A stretch of DNA of 64,000 nucleotides from Heterodontus francisci. Its lineage: Eukaryota. The position numbers and the translations under genes are program-made. This document shows, piece after piece, positions 12,366 to 26,039 of this stretch. Under the pieces are notes generated by a model. It searched no databases and was not told the origin of the DNA. It saw only the letters and a list, made by a program, of their open reading frames with translations. Where the stretch lies: contig NC_090377.1 of NCBI RefSeq assembly GCF_036365525.1, forward strand, positions 79,903,198 to 79,967,197. The letters run 5' to 3'. How positions within the stretch are numbered: position 1 is the first letter of the stretch; every line of letters starts with the position of its first letter.

Positions 12366-12499
12366 CTAAAAATCAAATTGCAAATTGTTACTTTGAGACT
12401 AATTGATATCAAATAATATCCAGAAAAAACTAGTGATGAAAAAAGACAATTTGGCCATCTCTTAGTTTAACAGGAAAACTGCAAAAGTAAACTACTCAC

Positions 12500-12799
12500 T
12501 GATTGGATCTCTTGCTAAAATAGGTTTGGCAATGTCTTTTGGAACCCCAGGACCATATTGATTCACAGCAGTTACTCTAAAGTAGTATTCACTTCCAGGT
12601 ACTAGGCCAGTCACGCTGAAACTAGTTTTCTTCAAATCTTGTACCACTGCACCCCAGGTCTTTCTGTCCGCTTCCCGCTTCTCCAAGATATAATGAGTCA
12701 CTTGGCTACCACCATCATTTTCAGGTGGTGACCAAGATACATGACATGCCGTTTTTGTAACATCTGAAGCTTCAAAGTCGGAGACAGGTCCAGGTGTGT
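12500..12799 (-). CDS. TTN: Titin exon, Fn3 A44, 300 nt
   Basis: AG/GTGAGT; TPGPVSDFEASDVTKTACHVSW. Confidence 0.95.
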
Positions 12800-13408
12800 C
12801 TGTAAGCGAACAATATTGATAAAAGTCAAAACACAATCATAGAACAGAATAGCACAGAAGGAAGCCTTTCAGTCCATCGAGTCTGTGCCAGATCTTTCAA
12901 ACAGCAATCCTGTTAGTCTCACTCCTCCACTATTTCCCCATATCCCTGTAACTTTTTTCACCTTCAAGTACTGATCCAAACCCCTTTTGAAAACTACTAA
13001 GGAATCTATTTCCACCACCTTATCAGGTAGTGAATTCCAAATCCTAACCACTCATTGCATAAAAATGTTTTCCTCATCACCTCTGGTTCTTTTGCCAATC
13101 TGGTTATTGAACATTCATCCATTAGAAACAGTTTCTCTTTATTTACTCAATCTAAACCCTTCATGATTTTAAACATCTCAATCAAAGCTCCTCTTAGCTT
13201 TCTCTGCTCTGAGGAAAATAACCCCAGCTTCTCCAGTCTATCCACATAACTGTAATCCCTCTGCCTTGGTAACTCTGTTCAGTAACTACTCCAAAGCCTT
13301 TACGTCCTTCCTAAAATGTGATGCTCAAAATTGGGCACAATACTTGAGCTGGGGCCGGACTAGTGTTTTATATAGTTTTAGCATAACTTCCTAGCTTTTT
13401 TACTCATT

Positions 13409-14038
13409 GGGTTGATCTTTGTGGAAGAGAATCAAGTGCCACCATCAGGGTTGAAAGCAGGAGCTGATCCCATTCTGGTGGGTGGCAGGGCCCTGGGGTA
13501 GCATTTCGCCAGTGGCAGCCAATTAACAGGCCGCAGCTGGGGCTACTGCCCAACTGATGTTGGCGACCTGCCCCCCAGAGCTGTTGGCACAATCAGCGGA
13601 CTGGCATCTCAGCCGCACCACTGCTAGTGGTGGCCACTGCTGAGGCTGCACCACAAAGGAGAGGGTGCCTCAATGCCAAAGCGCACTCCAAGACAGGTGA
13701 GTTCTTTTGGGGAAGCTGTGCCAGGCAAGCAAGCCTTAGAGATCGTTGTGGGGGGGATTGTTCTGAAGCTGGTGCCTTGGGGGGGGGGGGGGGGGCGGGG
13801 CAGCCATTGCGATTGGGAGGGCCACTCTGTGGGCCAAAGAGCACCCATCAAGGCGCACCCCCCCCCCCCACCAAGGAAACAGCTGTGAAACTACCAGGGT
13901 TTACCTGGCAGTCACCCCATGTTGCAGCGGCCTCTCCCAACTCTGGTAAAATGCCTGCAGGGGTGGTAAATGGCCGCAGTCTGGGGCCTCCCAGTCTGTC
14001 TCCCAGTCTGTCTCCAAAGGGCTGGGCAAAATCAGCCC
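13409..14038. mobile_element. GC-rich MITE nested in CR1
   Basis: Ends GGGTTGATCTTT / AAAATCAGCCC; CR1 sequence resumes on either side. Confidence 0.7.
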
Positions 14039-14946
14039 TATGCCTCTCTTTATAATGCCCAAGATCCCATCTGCTTTATTAACTGCTTTGTTAATCTATT
14101 CCGTCACTTTCAAAGATTTGGGCCCAAACACCCCCAGGTCTCTCTGTTCTTGTATCCCCCTTTAAAATTGTACCATTTGCCTTGCACTGTCACTCCTCAT
14201 TCTTCCTAACAAAATGCATTATCCCACACTTTGCCGTGTTGAATTTTGTCTGCAATATGTCTACCCATTCCACTAGCCCATATGTCCTCTTGAAGCCTAT
14301 TACTATCTTCCTCACTGCTCACTACACTTCCAAGTTTTGTGTCATCTGCAAATTTCAAATTTTGCCCAGCACCCCCAAGTCCAAGTAGACGAAAAACAGG
14401 AGTGGTCCTAATATTGAACCTGGGAACTCCAATGTATACTTCCCTCCAGTCTGAAAGACAGCCATTCACCATAATAATGTGTTTTTTTATCCCTTGCCAA
14501 TTTTGTATCCATGCTGCTACTGCCCCTTTTATCCTATGGGCTTCAATTTTGCTAACAAGCCTATTATGTTGTACTTTATCCAGTGCCTTTTGAAGGTCCA
14601 CATATACTTCAACTGCACTGCTCATATCCACCATCTCTGTTACCTCATCAAAAAACTCAATCAAATTACTCAACCATACTTTGCCCTTAACAAATTTGTG
14701 CTAGCTCTCCTTTATTAGTCCATGCTTGTCCAAGTGGCTGTTAAATTTCTCCCAGATTATTGTTTCTAAAAGCTTCTCCACAGCAGACATTAAACTGACT
14801 GGTCTGTAATTGCCAGGTTTATCCTCTTTTTTGAACAATCCTCCAGCCCTCTGGCACTACCCCTATATCTAAGGAGGATTGGAAGATTGTGGCCAGCACC
14901 TCTGCAATTTCTACCCTTACTTCCCTTAGCATCCTAGGATGCATCC

Positions 14947-17569
14947 TGTTGTTGGGTTTATATTAGTAGTGTTGTAGGGCGTTCTAGAGAAACTCTTAGA
15001 CTCCGGTAAAGGCTAACTAACAATTCTTTATTTACAGTTACAATATCCACTCTCAGCAAGCCACCTAAGCTAGCATCCATCGTGCTACTATACCTTCTTC
15101 TTCTCCACCCTATCGCATGTGATTGTTACATCATCGCTTGCATTGTAGGAGGGATCTCTCTTACTGTCTTTGATATTAACCCGTTACAATCTTATACTAT
15201 ATCTCCCCCCAAGTCTTTATCCAACATTTTTCAAAACATATATACATTTATGACTTCTCTACTATTCTCTTTCCCCCACCACCACCCACCCCCTGCCCCA
15301 CCCCCCAAGTCTCTGACTTTACAAATTCAATCTCATTGGAGATTTGACAAATTTCCCTGATCTGGTTGTAATTTGTCTGGGACAATCAGTAGTCTTCATA
15401 GGAAGTCTGGGTTGCTGACTTGTTCTTTTGTTTCCATGGGTTGTAGTATTCCGTTCAGTTTGGCTTTGTACATCTTCATCCGGATCTTGCAAATAGATTA
15501 TTGGCTGTTGCTTTTGCAGAATAGGAATGATATTCCTCTAATTCCTTTGCATGTTCCCTTCATTCGTTTGTATAACATATGATCGCTGATAGTCCTCATG
15601 TTTATGGATTACTATACCTTTTCATTCCAGGTCACGTATCCAAACTTTTTGACCATTGTTTAATTTGGGTAAGCTTCTCGCTTGAAATCTCCTATTGTAA
15701 TTCCAGGTTTATTTCTTTCTGCAGGAGCTTTCTCTTTCTCAGACTTTCTCATAGTGTTGAGACTTCAATCCTGGCATTAATTGTTGAGGCAATACTGGAA
15801 GCTGTGTCATTAACTTCCTTCCCATAAGGAATTCTGCTGGTGATAATAAGGAATTATTTACCTTTGTTTGCATGACTTTGGCTACCTTTTCAATCAACTG
15901 TAGTTCCAAGCATGCATTCCTGCTCAGTAAAAAAAAAATATCTTGATTGTGTCAGACATATAAGGTATCAGTTGTCTGCCTCTATTCTGAAGAGTTGCTT
16001 GGAGTTTGGCTTTTACTCGCAGTTGTGTCCTGCCTGGACCATGCAACTGTATATCAGCCGGTTGCAGGTAATGTCTCTTCACCCAAGGTTCTTGGTCAGA
16101 CAACAGCATGATGCTCGCCCCTGTATCAAGCTTAAAATTCATGCGGTGTCCATTGACATAGATGTTTGCTGTCCAGAAATCTTGGTCTGGATTCCTGATT
16201 TCTCCCAAGAACTATCCTGGTTCTTTCTCTTGTGGGTACTGTTGTACTGATTCACTGCTCTTTGCGTGAAGGTCTTCTGCTTTGTATCTTTAAGCACAGA
16301 AATTTTCCACACTTGAAACATGCAGCTTTACTTGCTGGGCACTGCTCTCGTCTATGGGTCTTCTTGGCTCCACAATGTTGGCAAAGTTTTCCTATTTCAT
16401 TTGCCTTCTCACCTGTATGTTTTTTCTGTTCCCCAAAGTGTTTCCCTGGCTTTGGCTTAACCGGTTCGACGGGCATTGGACTCCTCATCTATGGCTTGTC
16501 TTCAGGTCGTAGGATGTCCCTATTCTGTTTGCGAACTTCTGCCTGTCTTACAATTTGAATGGCCTTTTCCAGTGTAAGGTCCTCCTTGGATTGCAACAGG
16601 TCTAACAAGGATTCATCCACTATGCCAATGACTATCCTGTCTCTGATTAGTTCTGTCTTTTATTTGCCGTATTTGCAACCCTCTTCCTATCCATAAAGGT
16701 CATTACTATAGAGTCTACAGTTTCGCCAATCAACTACACCCGCTTATTAAATTTGGTTCTTTCCAAGATTTTATTGGTAGCCTCGTTGATCCCTTGCTCT
16801 GCTAAGGTGTTCTCCTTCAATTCTAAATTTTTCAGGCTTAGCTAGAGGTGTTCGCGTTCTGCTCAGGGCTTTCCTGTGCTCCCTGACCTATCCCGTGCTT
16901 TCTGATGATTACCGCGTTTTTCTCCTCGGCGAGGCTGAGCAATGACTGCTGACTGTACTCGCCTCCCCAGTTGTCGATTTGATGAAGATCGCGTTCTGCA
17001 CCCGTTTCTTTTCCCCAGTGTGTTTAAATAAATGGCCCGTTTCATTGTCTAACTGATCCTGGATTATCGCCCAGTATGAAGGCTCAGACTCAACTGCTGG
17101 ATGTGCTGGAAGTACCGACGCAGAGCCGCATGCTGTTGTGGTGTGGTCTGAGAGGCGTCAGAGTTCTTCACAACCTCTTCTGCAGGTAAGTAGTTTTCTT
17201 ACTGTACCGCGCCAGTGTTTATCTTTAAATTTCTCTGTGGTTCCCCAGGGGTTTCTTCCAAAGGTAAGAACATTTTCAAATTCTCCTGGTTGCTTTCACC
17301 ATTGCCACCATATTATGTTGTTAGGTTTGTATTGGCAGCATTGTAGGGCATTCTAGAGAAAGTTGTAGACTCCTGTAAAGGTTAACTAACAACTTTTTAC
17401 TATTTACAGTTACTATATACACTCTCAGCAAGCCACCTAAGATAGCATCCTTTCTGCTGCTATTCCTTCTTCTCAAGCCTATCCCTGTGACTGTTACATT
17501 ATCGCTCATACAGTGGGAAGGGTCTCTCTCACTGTCTACAGTATTAACCCTTTACATCCTTATACTACA
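14947..17569 (-). mobile_element. Internally deleted Gypsy LTR retrotransposon with both ~255-bp LTRs
   Basis: LTRs 14947-15201 and 17316-17569; PPT GGGGGGAGA next to the 3' LTR; PBS-like TGGTGGCAATGGTG (tRNA-Leu-like) at about 17297-17310; gag ELIRDRIVIG..LTLEKA, Cys knuckles, protease FKLDTGAS; 5-bp TSD CATCC/AATCC. Confidence 0.9.
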
Positions 17570-17975
17570 AATCCCATCCAGCCCTGGTGACTTATCCACT
17601 TTAAGTATTGCCAGCCTTTCTAGTACCTCTTCTTTATCTATTTTGATTTTTCCAGTATCATGACAAACTCTTTATTTACCAAGACTTTGGCAAAGCCCTC
17701 TTCCTTGGTAAGCACCATGCAAAGTACTCATTTAGTACCTCAGCCATCTCTTCTGTCTCTATCATTGGATCTCCATTTTGTTTCCTAATTGACTCCATCA
17801 TTCCTCTGACAACCTTTTTATTGTTAATATGCCTTTGAAGACTTTTGGATTCCCATTAATGTTAGCTGCCAATCTATTCTCGTACTGTCTCTTTGTCCCT
17901 CTTATTTCCTGTATTCACTTCTTTGTACTTTTTATATTCAGCCTGATTCTCCCTTTTATTATCAAGCTGACAACT

Positions 17976-18610
17976 GAACTGGAATAGCCATATAAATGCC
18001 GTGGTTACAAGAACAAGTCAGAGGCTAGGAATCCTGCGGGAGTAACTCACCTCCTGACTCCCCAAAGCCTGTCCACTATCTACAATGCACAAGTCAGGAG
18101 TGTGATGAAATGCTCTCTACTTGCCTGGATGGGTGCAGCTCCAACAACACTCGAAGCTCAACACCATCCAGGACAAAGCAGCCCGCTTGATTGGCACCAC
18201 ATCCACAAACATTCACTTCCTCCACCACTGACGCACAGTGGCTGCACTGTGTATCATCTACAAGATGCACTGCAGCAACGTACCAAGGCTCCTTAGACAG
18301 CACCTTCCAAACCCGCGACCTCTACCACTGAGAAGAACAAGGGCAGCAGATTCATGGCAACACCACCACCAGCAAATTCCCCTCCAAGCCACACATCATC
18401 CTGACTTGAAACCATATCGCAGTCCCTTCACTGTTGCTGGGTCAAAATCCTGGAACTCCCTTCCTTACAGCACTGTGGGTGTACCTACCCCATTTGGATT
18501 GCAGTGGTTCAAGAAGGCAGCTCACCACCACTTTCTCAAGGGCAATTAGGGATGGGCAATAAATGCTGGCCTAGCCAGCGATGCCCACATCCCATAAATG
18601 AATTTAAAAA
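17976..18610 (+). mobile_element. L2/Crack-like LINE 3' fragment nested in CR1
   Basis: ORF2 C-terminal remnants LSTIYNAQVRSVM..LAWMGAAPTTL..TIQDKAARLIG; A-rich tail; second copy at 6375-6717. Confidence 0.75.
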
Positions 18611-19114
18611 ATCTGCCAAATGCCCCCTTTTAATGCTTCATCCTACTCTATAAATCCTTTTGCCATCCAGAGAGCTTTGGCTTTGTTTGCTCTCACTTTG
18701 CCCCTTGTGGAAATGTACATAGACTGTACCCAGACCATCTCTTCTTTTAGTGTCCCCTATTGCACCACTGCATTTTTGCCTTCTTGTTTTTGATTCCAAT
18801 TTACCTGAGCCAGTTCCCTCCCCAATTCATAGGAATTAACCCTTCCCCATTTAAGTATTTTCATTCTAGATTTCTCCTTGTCCTCCTCCATAACTAGTCT
18901 AAACTTTATGATACTATGATCCCTATTCCTGACATGCTTCTCCACTGTGACATATTCCTCTTGACCCATTTCTTTCCCTAGGATTGAATCCAGCAATGAC
19001 TTCTTCCTCATTACTGATTAAGAAAGTTCTCCTGAACATACTTCAGAAATTCCTCCCCCATGATCAAGTCGAATCAGGAAACATCGAGAATAAAAAAATA
19101 TGAATACAACTTAC

Positions 19115-19399
19115 CCAGAACTTTAACATTCACGAACACTGCCTTTTCGCCTGCTGCATTTACAAGGGTCAGCGAATATTTGCCAGAATCATCACGAGTA
19201 CTATCAGGAATGACGAGAAAAGCCATTGTGTCAATTAAGTCTACTTGACCCTTTCTGACAACATTGTCTATTCCCACTCTCCTCCAGGTAACTTTAGGTG
19301 CAGGTCGGCCTCTGATAGTGGCAAACAACCTGATAGGACATCCTGCTCTGACGGTTACAGTCTTTCTCAGGCTTGCATCTAAATCAATCTCTGGTGGTT
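19115..19399 (-). CDS. TTN: Titin exon, Ig A43 (first C-zone domain), 285 nt
   Basis: AG/GTAAGT; FATIRGRPAPKVTWRRVGIDNVVRKGQVDL. Confidence 0.95.
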
Positions 19400-19516
19400 C
19401 TGAAAAAAATCCATTTTGTGTGAGCAGTCATTGTGCCATAAAGAAATATTAACACATTTAAACAAAATGTTTTATTTACCTCACAAAGAGAAAAAAAGGC
19501 AAAATGCAGTGCCTAC

Positions 19517-19837
19517 CTAACACCTCCTTTGGTGATACTGCTTCCTTCAGTTCAGCAGGGCGACCAATTCCAACCTGGTTCTGTGCAGAAACTCTAAATT
19601 CATATTCTTGTTTCTCATCAAGGCTGGTCACAGTAAACTGAGTAAGAACAAGGTGAGCTGCAACATTACATCTCTTCCATCCTTCTTCAGGTGATTTGCT
19701 GACACCTTTTGGTCTTATTTCAACAATATAGCCAATGATGGGGGAACCACCATCATAGACTGGCTTTGTCCAGCTAAGGGAAATGGAACTCTTGGTACTA
19801 TCGATCACCTTTAGACCACTTGGAGGACCAGGAGGTT
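19517..19837 (-). CDS. TTN: Titin exon, Fn3 A42 (last D-zone domain), 321 nt
   Basis: AG/GTAGGC; DSTKSSISLSWTKPVYDGGSPIIGY. Confidence 0.95.
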
Positions 19838-19960
19838 CTGTGCACAGAAAGTAGGAAATGGATTAGGAGAATGTGATGTGAGTGACAGCAAATTTAAAGA
19901 GTGAGAAGGAACCAAAATATTCATGCTTAGAAAATACACAAAATGTTATGAAATAAATAC

Positions 19961-22927
19961 CCATAGGATCCTTTGCTAATACTGGTCTTGACGGTGGACT
20001 TGGGTCTCCTAATCCAACTTCATTTTCAGCTTTGACACGGAATTGGTATTCATGTTCAGGAATCAGATTTGTAACCTTCATACGTCTCTCTGGAATTGGA
20101 CGCTTGGTGACTGCTATCCATCTAACAGATCGTTTCTCTTTCTTCTCCAATATATATCCTGTGATTGATTTTCCACCATCATCTTCTGGTGCATTCCATA
20201 CAACAGTCATTTCTTCCTTGCTAACTTTCGTGATCTCTGGTGCATCTGGAGGGCCAGGTCTATTAAACTGTGTCTTAGCTACAATTGGCTTAGTTTCTGT
20301 TGGTGGACCTGTACCTATTTTGTTTTCTGCACGTACCCTGAAGATATATTCGTTTCCTTCAATAAGACGAGTGACATTTGTATAATCGGTAATTATAGAA
20401 GAGGAATATATGGACCAGACCACTCTCTTACTTTCACACTTCTCTAGAATATAGTTTTGAATTTCACAACCCCCATCATCTGCTGGTGGGTCCCAGCTGA
20501 CTCTGCACCTATCACTTGCAATGCCAGAGACCTTTAGGTTTCTGACTTCACTTGGTACATCCAAAACATTCACGGTAGCATAGGCTGTAAAGCTACCAGC
20601 TGGATTTGTTGCAGTGATTACATATTTGCCACTGTTCTCACGTTTAGCTTTAATTATAGTAAGTCTGGATGCATCAGCAGTTGTTTCAATCTTAGCTCGA
20701 GGTGATCTGCTCAGATCAATTGCTTCTTTGTCTTTTACCCAAACAACTTCTGGTTGAGGTTTGCCTCTGAGAGTTGCCTCAATTCTGATGGTTTCACCTA
20801 CTTTTACAGTTAGTATTCCAGTTAGCTTTAGCTCCAAAACCGGCTTCTGCATTTCTTGCTTTACAATAATATAATCTGTCTTCACCCAGTTGCTTTCACC
20901 ACCTTCATTCTTAGTCTGAACTCGAAACTGGTAGCTCTGGTTCTCAATACATCTGTCAGCCATGAAACTAGTGTCTTTAATACTTCCTTTGTGTATTCTT
21001 TCCCATTCATCTGAGTCCTTTAGCCTTCTTTCAACATGATAAGACAGGTTGGGACTACCGCCATCATAATCGGGTCTCCTCCATTTAAGCAGAACAAATG
21101 TCTTTCCTATATCAGCAACATGAAAATTTTCAGGTTCTCCAGGTTTTTCAACAGGATCAATGGCTAAGATTGGTGTTTTGGTTTCAATGGTTGGACCTAG
21201 TCCAACTTTGTTTTCTGCACACACGCGGAAGAAGTACTCATGATTTGTTGAAATTTGAACCTTGACCACACGTTTAGTCAAATCAGATGAGATCACAGAC
21301 CATCCTCTCTGGCTGGGTTGACGGTTTTCTGCTATGTAGTTAGTAATTTCTGAGCCTCCATTATCGTCTGGATTTTCCCAGGCAAGCATACAGGAATCTT
21401 TAGTGATGTAGCTTACCTTGATATTCTTACAAGGGCCAGGTCTATCAAGGACATTGACAATAACAGCAGCTTGGGCATGTCCACTACTGTTTTTAGCAAC
21501 AATAGTATATTTACCATGGTCAGCTCTGGTTGCATCTTTAATCAAGAGTTGTATAACAGGGTAGTCATTATTCATCTTTACACGTTTGTCAGCAGAAAGT
21601 ACCTTGCCTTCTTTTGACCATGTAATTTCTGGATCCGGTCTGCCTTTAACACGGCCAGTTATGGCAATAGTTTGTCCCACACGAGCTGTGACCAGCTCAC
21701 GGCAAACAATATCAAGTTCTAGTTCTGGAGGATGAAGAATATCCTTTGTAATTACAGATTCCGGTAGTTCTCTTGGCTCACCTTCACCAACTATATTGGC
21801 AGCCTTTATACGGAATCGATACTCATTGCCTTCAATAAGACCAGGTACTCTAAAAGCACACTGTTGGATTAAGTCATCTTTATTAATCCTATTCCACGTT
21901 GTCATATTTGCTTTCTGACATTCTACAATATAACCTAAGATTGGGCTGCCTCCATCCTTGGTGGGCTTTGTCCAGACTAAGTCAACCGTTTCTCTTGTCT
22001 TGTCTTTCAGTTTAGGATTGATTGGCGGTCCAGGTGGCCTAATAGGACGCTTTGCTGAAACTGGATCAGAGATTGGTGATGGTTTACTTAAACCAGCAAT
22101 ATTTTCAGCAAATATTCTGAATTCATACATATTTCCTTCAAAAAGTCCAACAGTTCTCAATTTTAGATCCAATACTGGGGTCTTATTCACCCGTATCCAT
22201 TTACCAGTTGTTTCTCTGCGTTCCATAAGGTAACCAATAATTGGGCTACCACCATCGTACTTTGGTATGCCCCAAGAAACTGTTGCAGCATTTTCTGTGA
22301 CATCAGAAACAAGTGGTTTAGTAGGTGGTCCTGGAACATCAAACATGTACTTGGCAACAGTTGGTTTAGACTCTAGTGGTTCACCAATACCAATTTTGTT
22401 TTCTGCTCGAACACGCATAATGTATTCACATCCTTTTTGAAGACGTGGAATTTTAACTTGAGTGCTTGTGCTTCCAGTGCTGACAACACCCCAGGTTTCA
22501 TTCTTAGTTTCTCGCTTCTCAACAATGTAATTCATGACAGGACTTCCACCATCATCCTTAGGTGGACGCCAAGAGATAACCATGTGCTCTGGTGTTACTT
22601 CGAGGATATTGATTGGACCAACTGGAGGGCCAGGAACATCCAGGACTATTAAGTGTAGACCTACTGTCTTGCTACCAGCTGGATTGGAAACAGTAAGTAA
22701 ATATTCACCAGTGTGCTTTCTAGTACAATCCTTAATAGAAAGCACCGTTGAGTAGATATCAGTATCAATTTTGTAATTGCCTTCTGATTTAAGCTCAGTA
22801 TTGTCAGTGACCCATTTCACTGAAGGAGGAGGAATGCCTCTCATCAAAGCAGGAAGTCTGACTGTGCTGCCAGCCTTCACAACAAGACCTTCAATCAACT
22901 TTACATCTATATCCAACGATGGGGATA
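19961..22927 (-). CDS. TTN: Titin large exon, ten domains A32-A41 (Ig-Fn-Fn-Fn-Ig-Fn-Fn-Ig-Fn-Fn), 2967 nt
   Basis: 1030-aa ORF trimmed to atAG acceptor and GTATTT donor; 2967=989x3. Confidence 0.97.
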
Positions 22928-23042
22928 CTATAAAACAAAACCATATATGAACCAATGAGTGTCATGAAAATGTCAATGAAATACAGATTGAAAGCAATGG
23001 GAAACAGAAATCAAATAGTATGAGTCAATGTAAGTAACTAAC

Positions 23043-23336
23043 CTAATTTCTCCTGGCACAGTATAGGCACTGTTGTATCGGGACGACCAAGCCCAGCTGC
23101 ATTTTGAGCTTTAACACGGAATCTGTACGTTTTTCCTTGTTCTAAACCAGTTACAACACATTCTGGTATGCTAACAGTTTTGAATTTAGTCCAGTCTTGT
23201 GCTCCTTCTTCCTGGTATTCAACTAAAAATCCTGTGATTTCAGAACCTCCATCACGATCTGGATAATTCCAAAGAAGAGACACTTCTGTTTTGTCTACAT
23301 CAATATGGTGTAAGTTCTTAGGTGGGCCAGGAGGAG
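23043..23336 (-). CDS. TTN: Titin exon, Fn3 A31, 294 nt
   Basis: AG/GTTAGT; SLLWNYPDRDGGSEITGF. Confidence 0.94.
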
Positions 23337-23437
23337 CTATAAAAATAAGATAATAACATGATAATTTAGCTGTTGTAGGTACAAAGGTTGTGAGCTTGAA
23401 TATGTAAAATTATTAATTTTAGCGAATAGGGACTTAC

Positions 23438-23737
23438 ATATTGGATCAATTGCTTTTATAGGTTTAGTTGATTCAGTAAAGCTACTTCTACCATATTGAT
23501 TTTCAGCAGCCACACGGAACAAATACTGGGTGCCTTCCATTAGGTACTTAGCCATGATGCTGTGCTTCTTGGTTGTGGATGAGACAGGGATCCACTGAGG
23601 AGCTGCAACATCTCGTTTCTCAATAATATAGTTTGAGATAACAGCACCACCATTGTCTTCTGGTTCCTTCCATGTCAGATAGCATGAATCTTTTCTAACT
23701 TCACTAATATTCAAATTGCGCGGTGGACCAGGTTTAT
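23438..23737 (-). CDS. TTN: Titin exon, Fn3 A30, 300 nt
   Basis: AG/GTAAGT; ISEVRKDSCYLTWKEPEDNGGAVISNY. Confidence 0.95.
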
Positions 23738-23852
23738 CTGAAAATAATTCATATATTATTAATATTGTAATTATTGGAAAAAAGACAAAAAGATCAAGAT
23801 TCAGTTAAAAACACAGATTGTTCCTACAATCTTTATGCTCCAGCCATATTAC

Positions 23853-24134
23853 CTAATACTGTAACTGTACACAAAGCACTCTTGCTTCCAGCTTCATTTT
23901 CAACAGTGAGTGAATAACATCCACTGTCACCTCTAACGGTATTACGGATTTCAAGCTTGCTGCTGACAGGAGTAATTTCAATATCAGCTTTCATAGGTAC
24001 TTCCAAGTCATTCTTTTTCCATGAGACCTTTGGAAATGGCATTCCCTTTATGGTTGCACTTAGGGTTAAAGTAGTTCCTGCTTTTAGGTTTACACTTCGA
24101 GCCATGTTAGCATCTACAAACAATTCAGGTGCCT
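23853..24134 (-). CDS. TTN: Titin exon, Ig A29, 282 nt
   Basis: AG/GTAATA; APELFVDANMARSVNLKAG. Confidence 0.95.
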
Positions 24135-24248
24135 CTGTAAAAGGAAGAAAATGATTTTGAATGAACAGAATGAACCACACAGAACAGGATCAATATCAAA
24201 ACTCTTCAATGTGGAATGATCTGCATGGTATTCTTAAAAAACACTCAC

Positions 24249-24557
24249 CAAGCCTGTCTTTTGCTTGAACTGGATCATGGACATAAGCTGGGTCTGATTC
24301 ACCAGCTTGATTGACTGCCATAACCCGGAATTTGTATGTATCACCTTCAGTAAGACCCGTCACCTTCGAATGAGTGTCAGGGCAGGAATCCGGAGTTTGA
24401 TTAGCTTTCTTCCACTCTTCATCACCGACTTTCTGGTACTCCACTAAATAACCTAATATTTTCCCTTTTCCATCATGGCGTGGAGGTAGCCAAGTTAAAT
24501 CAACAGTAGATTTAGTTTTGTCCACTGCTTCAGGATTAATAGGGGGGCTTGGCTTGA
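24249..24557 (-). CDS. TTN: Titin exon, Fn3 A28, 309 nt
   Basis: AG/GTGAGT; DKTKSTVDLTWLPPRHDGKGKILGY. Confidence 0.95.
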
Positions 24558-24656
24558 CTGAATAAAAGCAGTTAAAAATATGGTCATCATAAATCTGACA
24601 AATGCATGAGAAAAGTTATTTTGAAGAAAAAAAAATTGAGTATATATCTTATTTAC

Positions 24657-24959
24657 CAATTGGATCCTTTGCAAAGATGGGCTTGGATGGTGGACTAGGA
24701 TCGCCAATGCCTATTTCATTTTCTGCTGAAACACGGAATTCATATTCACAGCCTTCAAGGAGGTCAGTTACTTTGAACTGAGTGTCTGGGTAAATTGGCT
24801 CTTTAGATACTCTTGCCCAGCGATTGGACATGGTTTCTTTCTTTTCCACAATATATCTAATAATAGGCTTGCCACCATCACGTGGTCTATTCCAAACCAC
24901 CACAGCGGAATCCTTAGTAATATCCTTTATAACTGGCTGTTCTGGTGCTTCAGGAACTC
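24657..24959 (-). CDS. TTN: Titin exon, Fn3 A27, 303 nt
   Basis: gaAG/GTAAAT; VVWNRPRDGGKPIIRY. Confidence 0.93.
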
Positions 24960-25289
24960 CTTCAGAGAAAAGAATAAAAACTGAATAAGCAAAAATAAAA
25001 ACTAAGATTTCTCCCTATTACACTATTAATACATTAAAAATGTTGATAAAATAGGAGACACAACACCTTTTTTGTGTGCAATACTTATAACTAAAATTGT
25101 ATTTTGAATATCAAAACCATTATATATTTAATATTATACTCAATATGAAATCACAATGCTATTTTACTTTAAGTGGAGCTAGTTAGGAGAAAATGCAAGA
25201 TTTTTAATTTGCTGTTCTGAGTATTTGCTTGTTTTATTTTGTCTTTTGCTCAATACATTAACTAGAAAATTCTAAAGTCCAACACTTAC

Positions 25290-25589
25290 TATAACGATCT
25301 TTAGCTTTAACTTCTTCTGAAAGCAATGGATCACTGATTCCATACATGTTTTCAGCATAGATACGGATAATATACTCTCTTCCCTCAATTAATTTTGGAA
25401 CCTTGCAAGTTGTTTTAGTAGTTGAAGAAGTAACAGGCATCCAGAGTTCTCGGTTTGTATCTCTCTTTTCAACAATATAATTAGTGATCATACTGCCTCC
25501 ATCATCAAGTGGAGGTTTCCAGGAAATAACCATATTATCTCTGTGGACTTCATTGAACACAACTGGACCAACTGGAGGTTGTGGACGAT
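25290..25589 (-). CDS. TTN: Titin exon, Fn3 A26, 300 nt
   Basis: AG/GTAAGT; RPQPPVGPVVFNEVHRDNMVISW. Confidence 0.95.
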
Positions 25590-25678
25590 CTGAAAAAAGT
25601 GACATTTTGTTTCAATCCTGTTTTCTTCTTCAATATTACAAGATTTTAACTGAAAAAGATTAAAAATAACTAACTTAC

Positions 25679-25960
25679 CAACAACAGTCACTTGACAGGG
25701 ACCCTTCCGTACCCCTGTGCTGTTCTCCACAACTACACAGTATTTACCCGAGTCGTCACGAATACCTTTCAGAATTGCCAGACACAGTTTTGACGGTGTA
25801 GTTTTTATTTTTAGGCGATTACTTTCTTCAACTGCAACATCATCCTTAAACCAAGAAACCTTTGGAGCAGGTTTCCCTCTATATTGTCCTGTCATGCTGA
25901 AAGATTCACCAACACGCACAACAAACTTGTCTCGGAAATCCAGCTCAAGTGTCGGTGGTT
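25679..25960 (-). CDS. TTN: Titin exon, Ig A25, 282 nt
   Basis: AG/GTAAGT; PPTLELDFRDKFVVRVGESF..DSGKYCVVVEN. Confidence 0.95.
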
Positions 25961-26039
25961 CTAAAGATAATAACACACTGTTAATGCCTTTATGGAAAAA
26001 AAGAAATATTTCTTTAAACATTTTTGAAAGAAGTCTTAC

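Larger units (their letters stand above)
12833..19060 (-). mobile_element. Decayed CR1 LINE ORF2 split into four pieces by three nested insertions
   Basis: 3' tail at 12833; VRIWNSLP, LIEFFDEV..DLQKALDKV..KFADDTKL (14206-14673), LLDSILG..DHSIIKF (18757-19011); pieces are collinear. Confidence 0.88.

Noticed and set aside
19863-22955. 1030-aa ORF as a stand-alone gene
   Set aside because: It is one internal titin exon; the ORF ends are intron read-through beyond the AG at 22928-22929 and GT at 19959-19960
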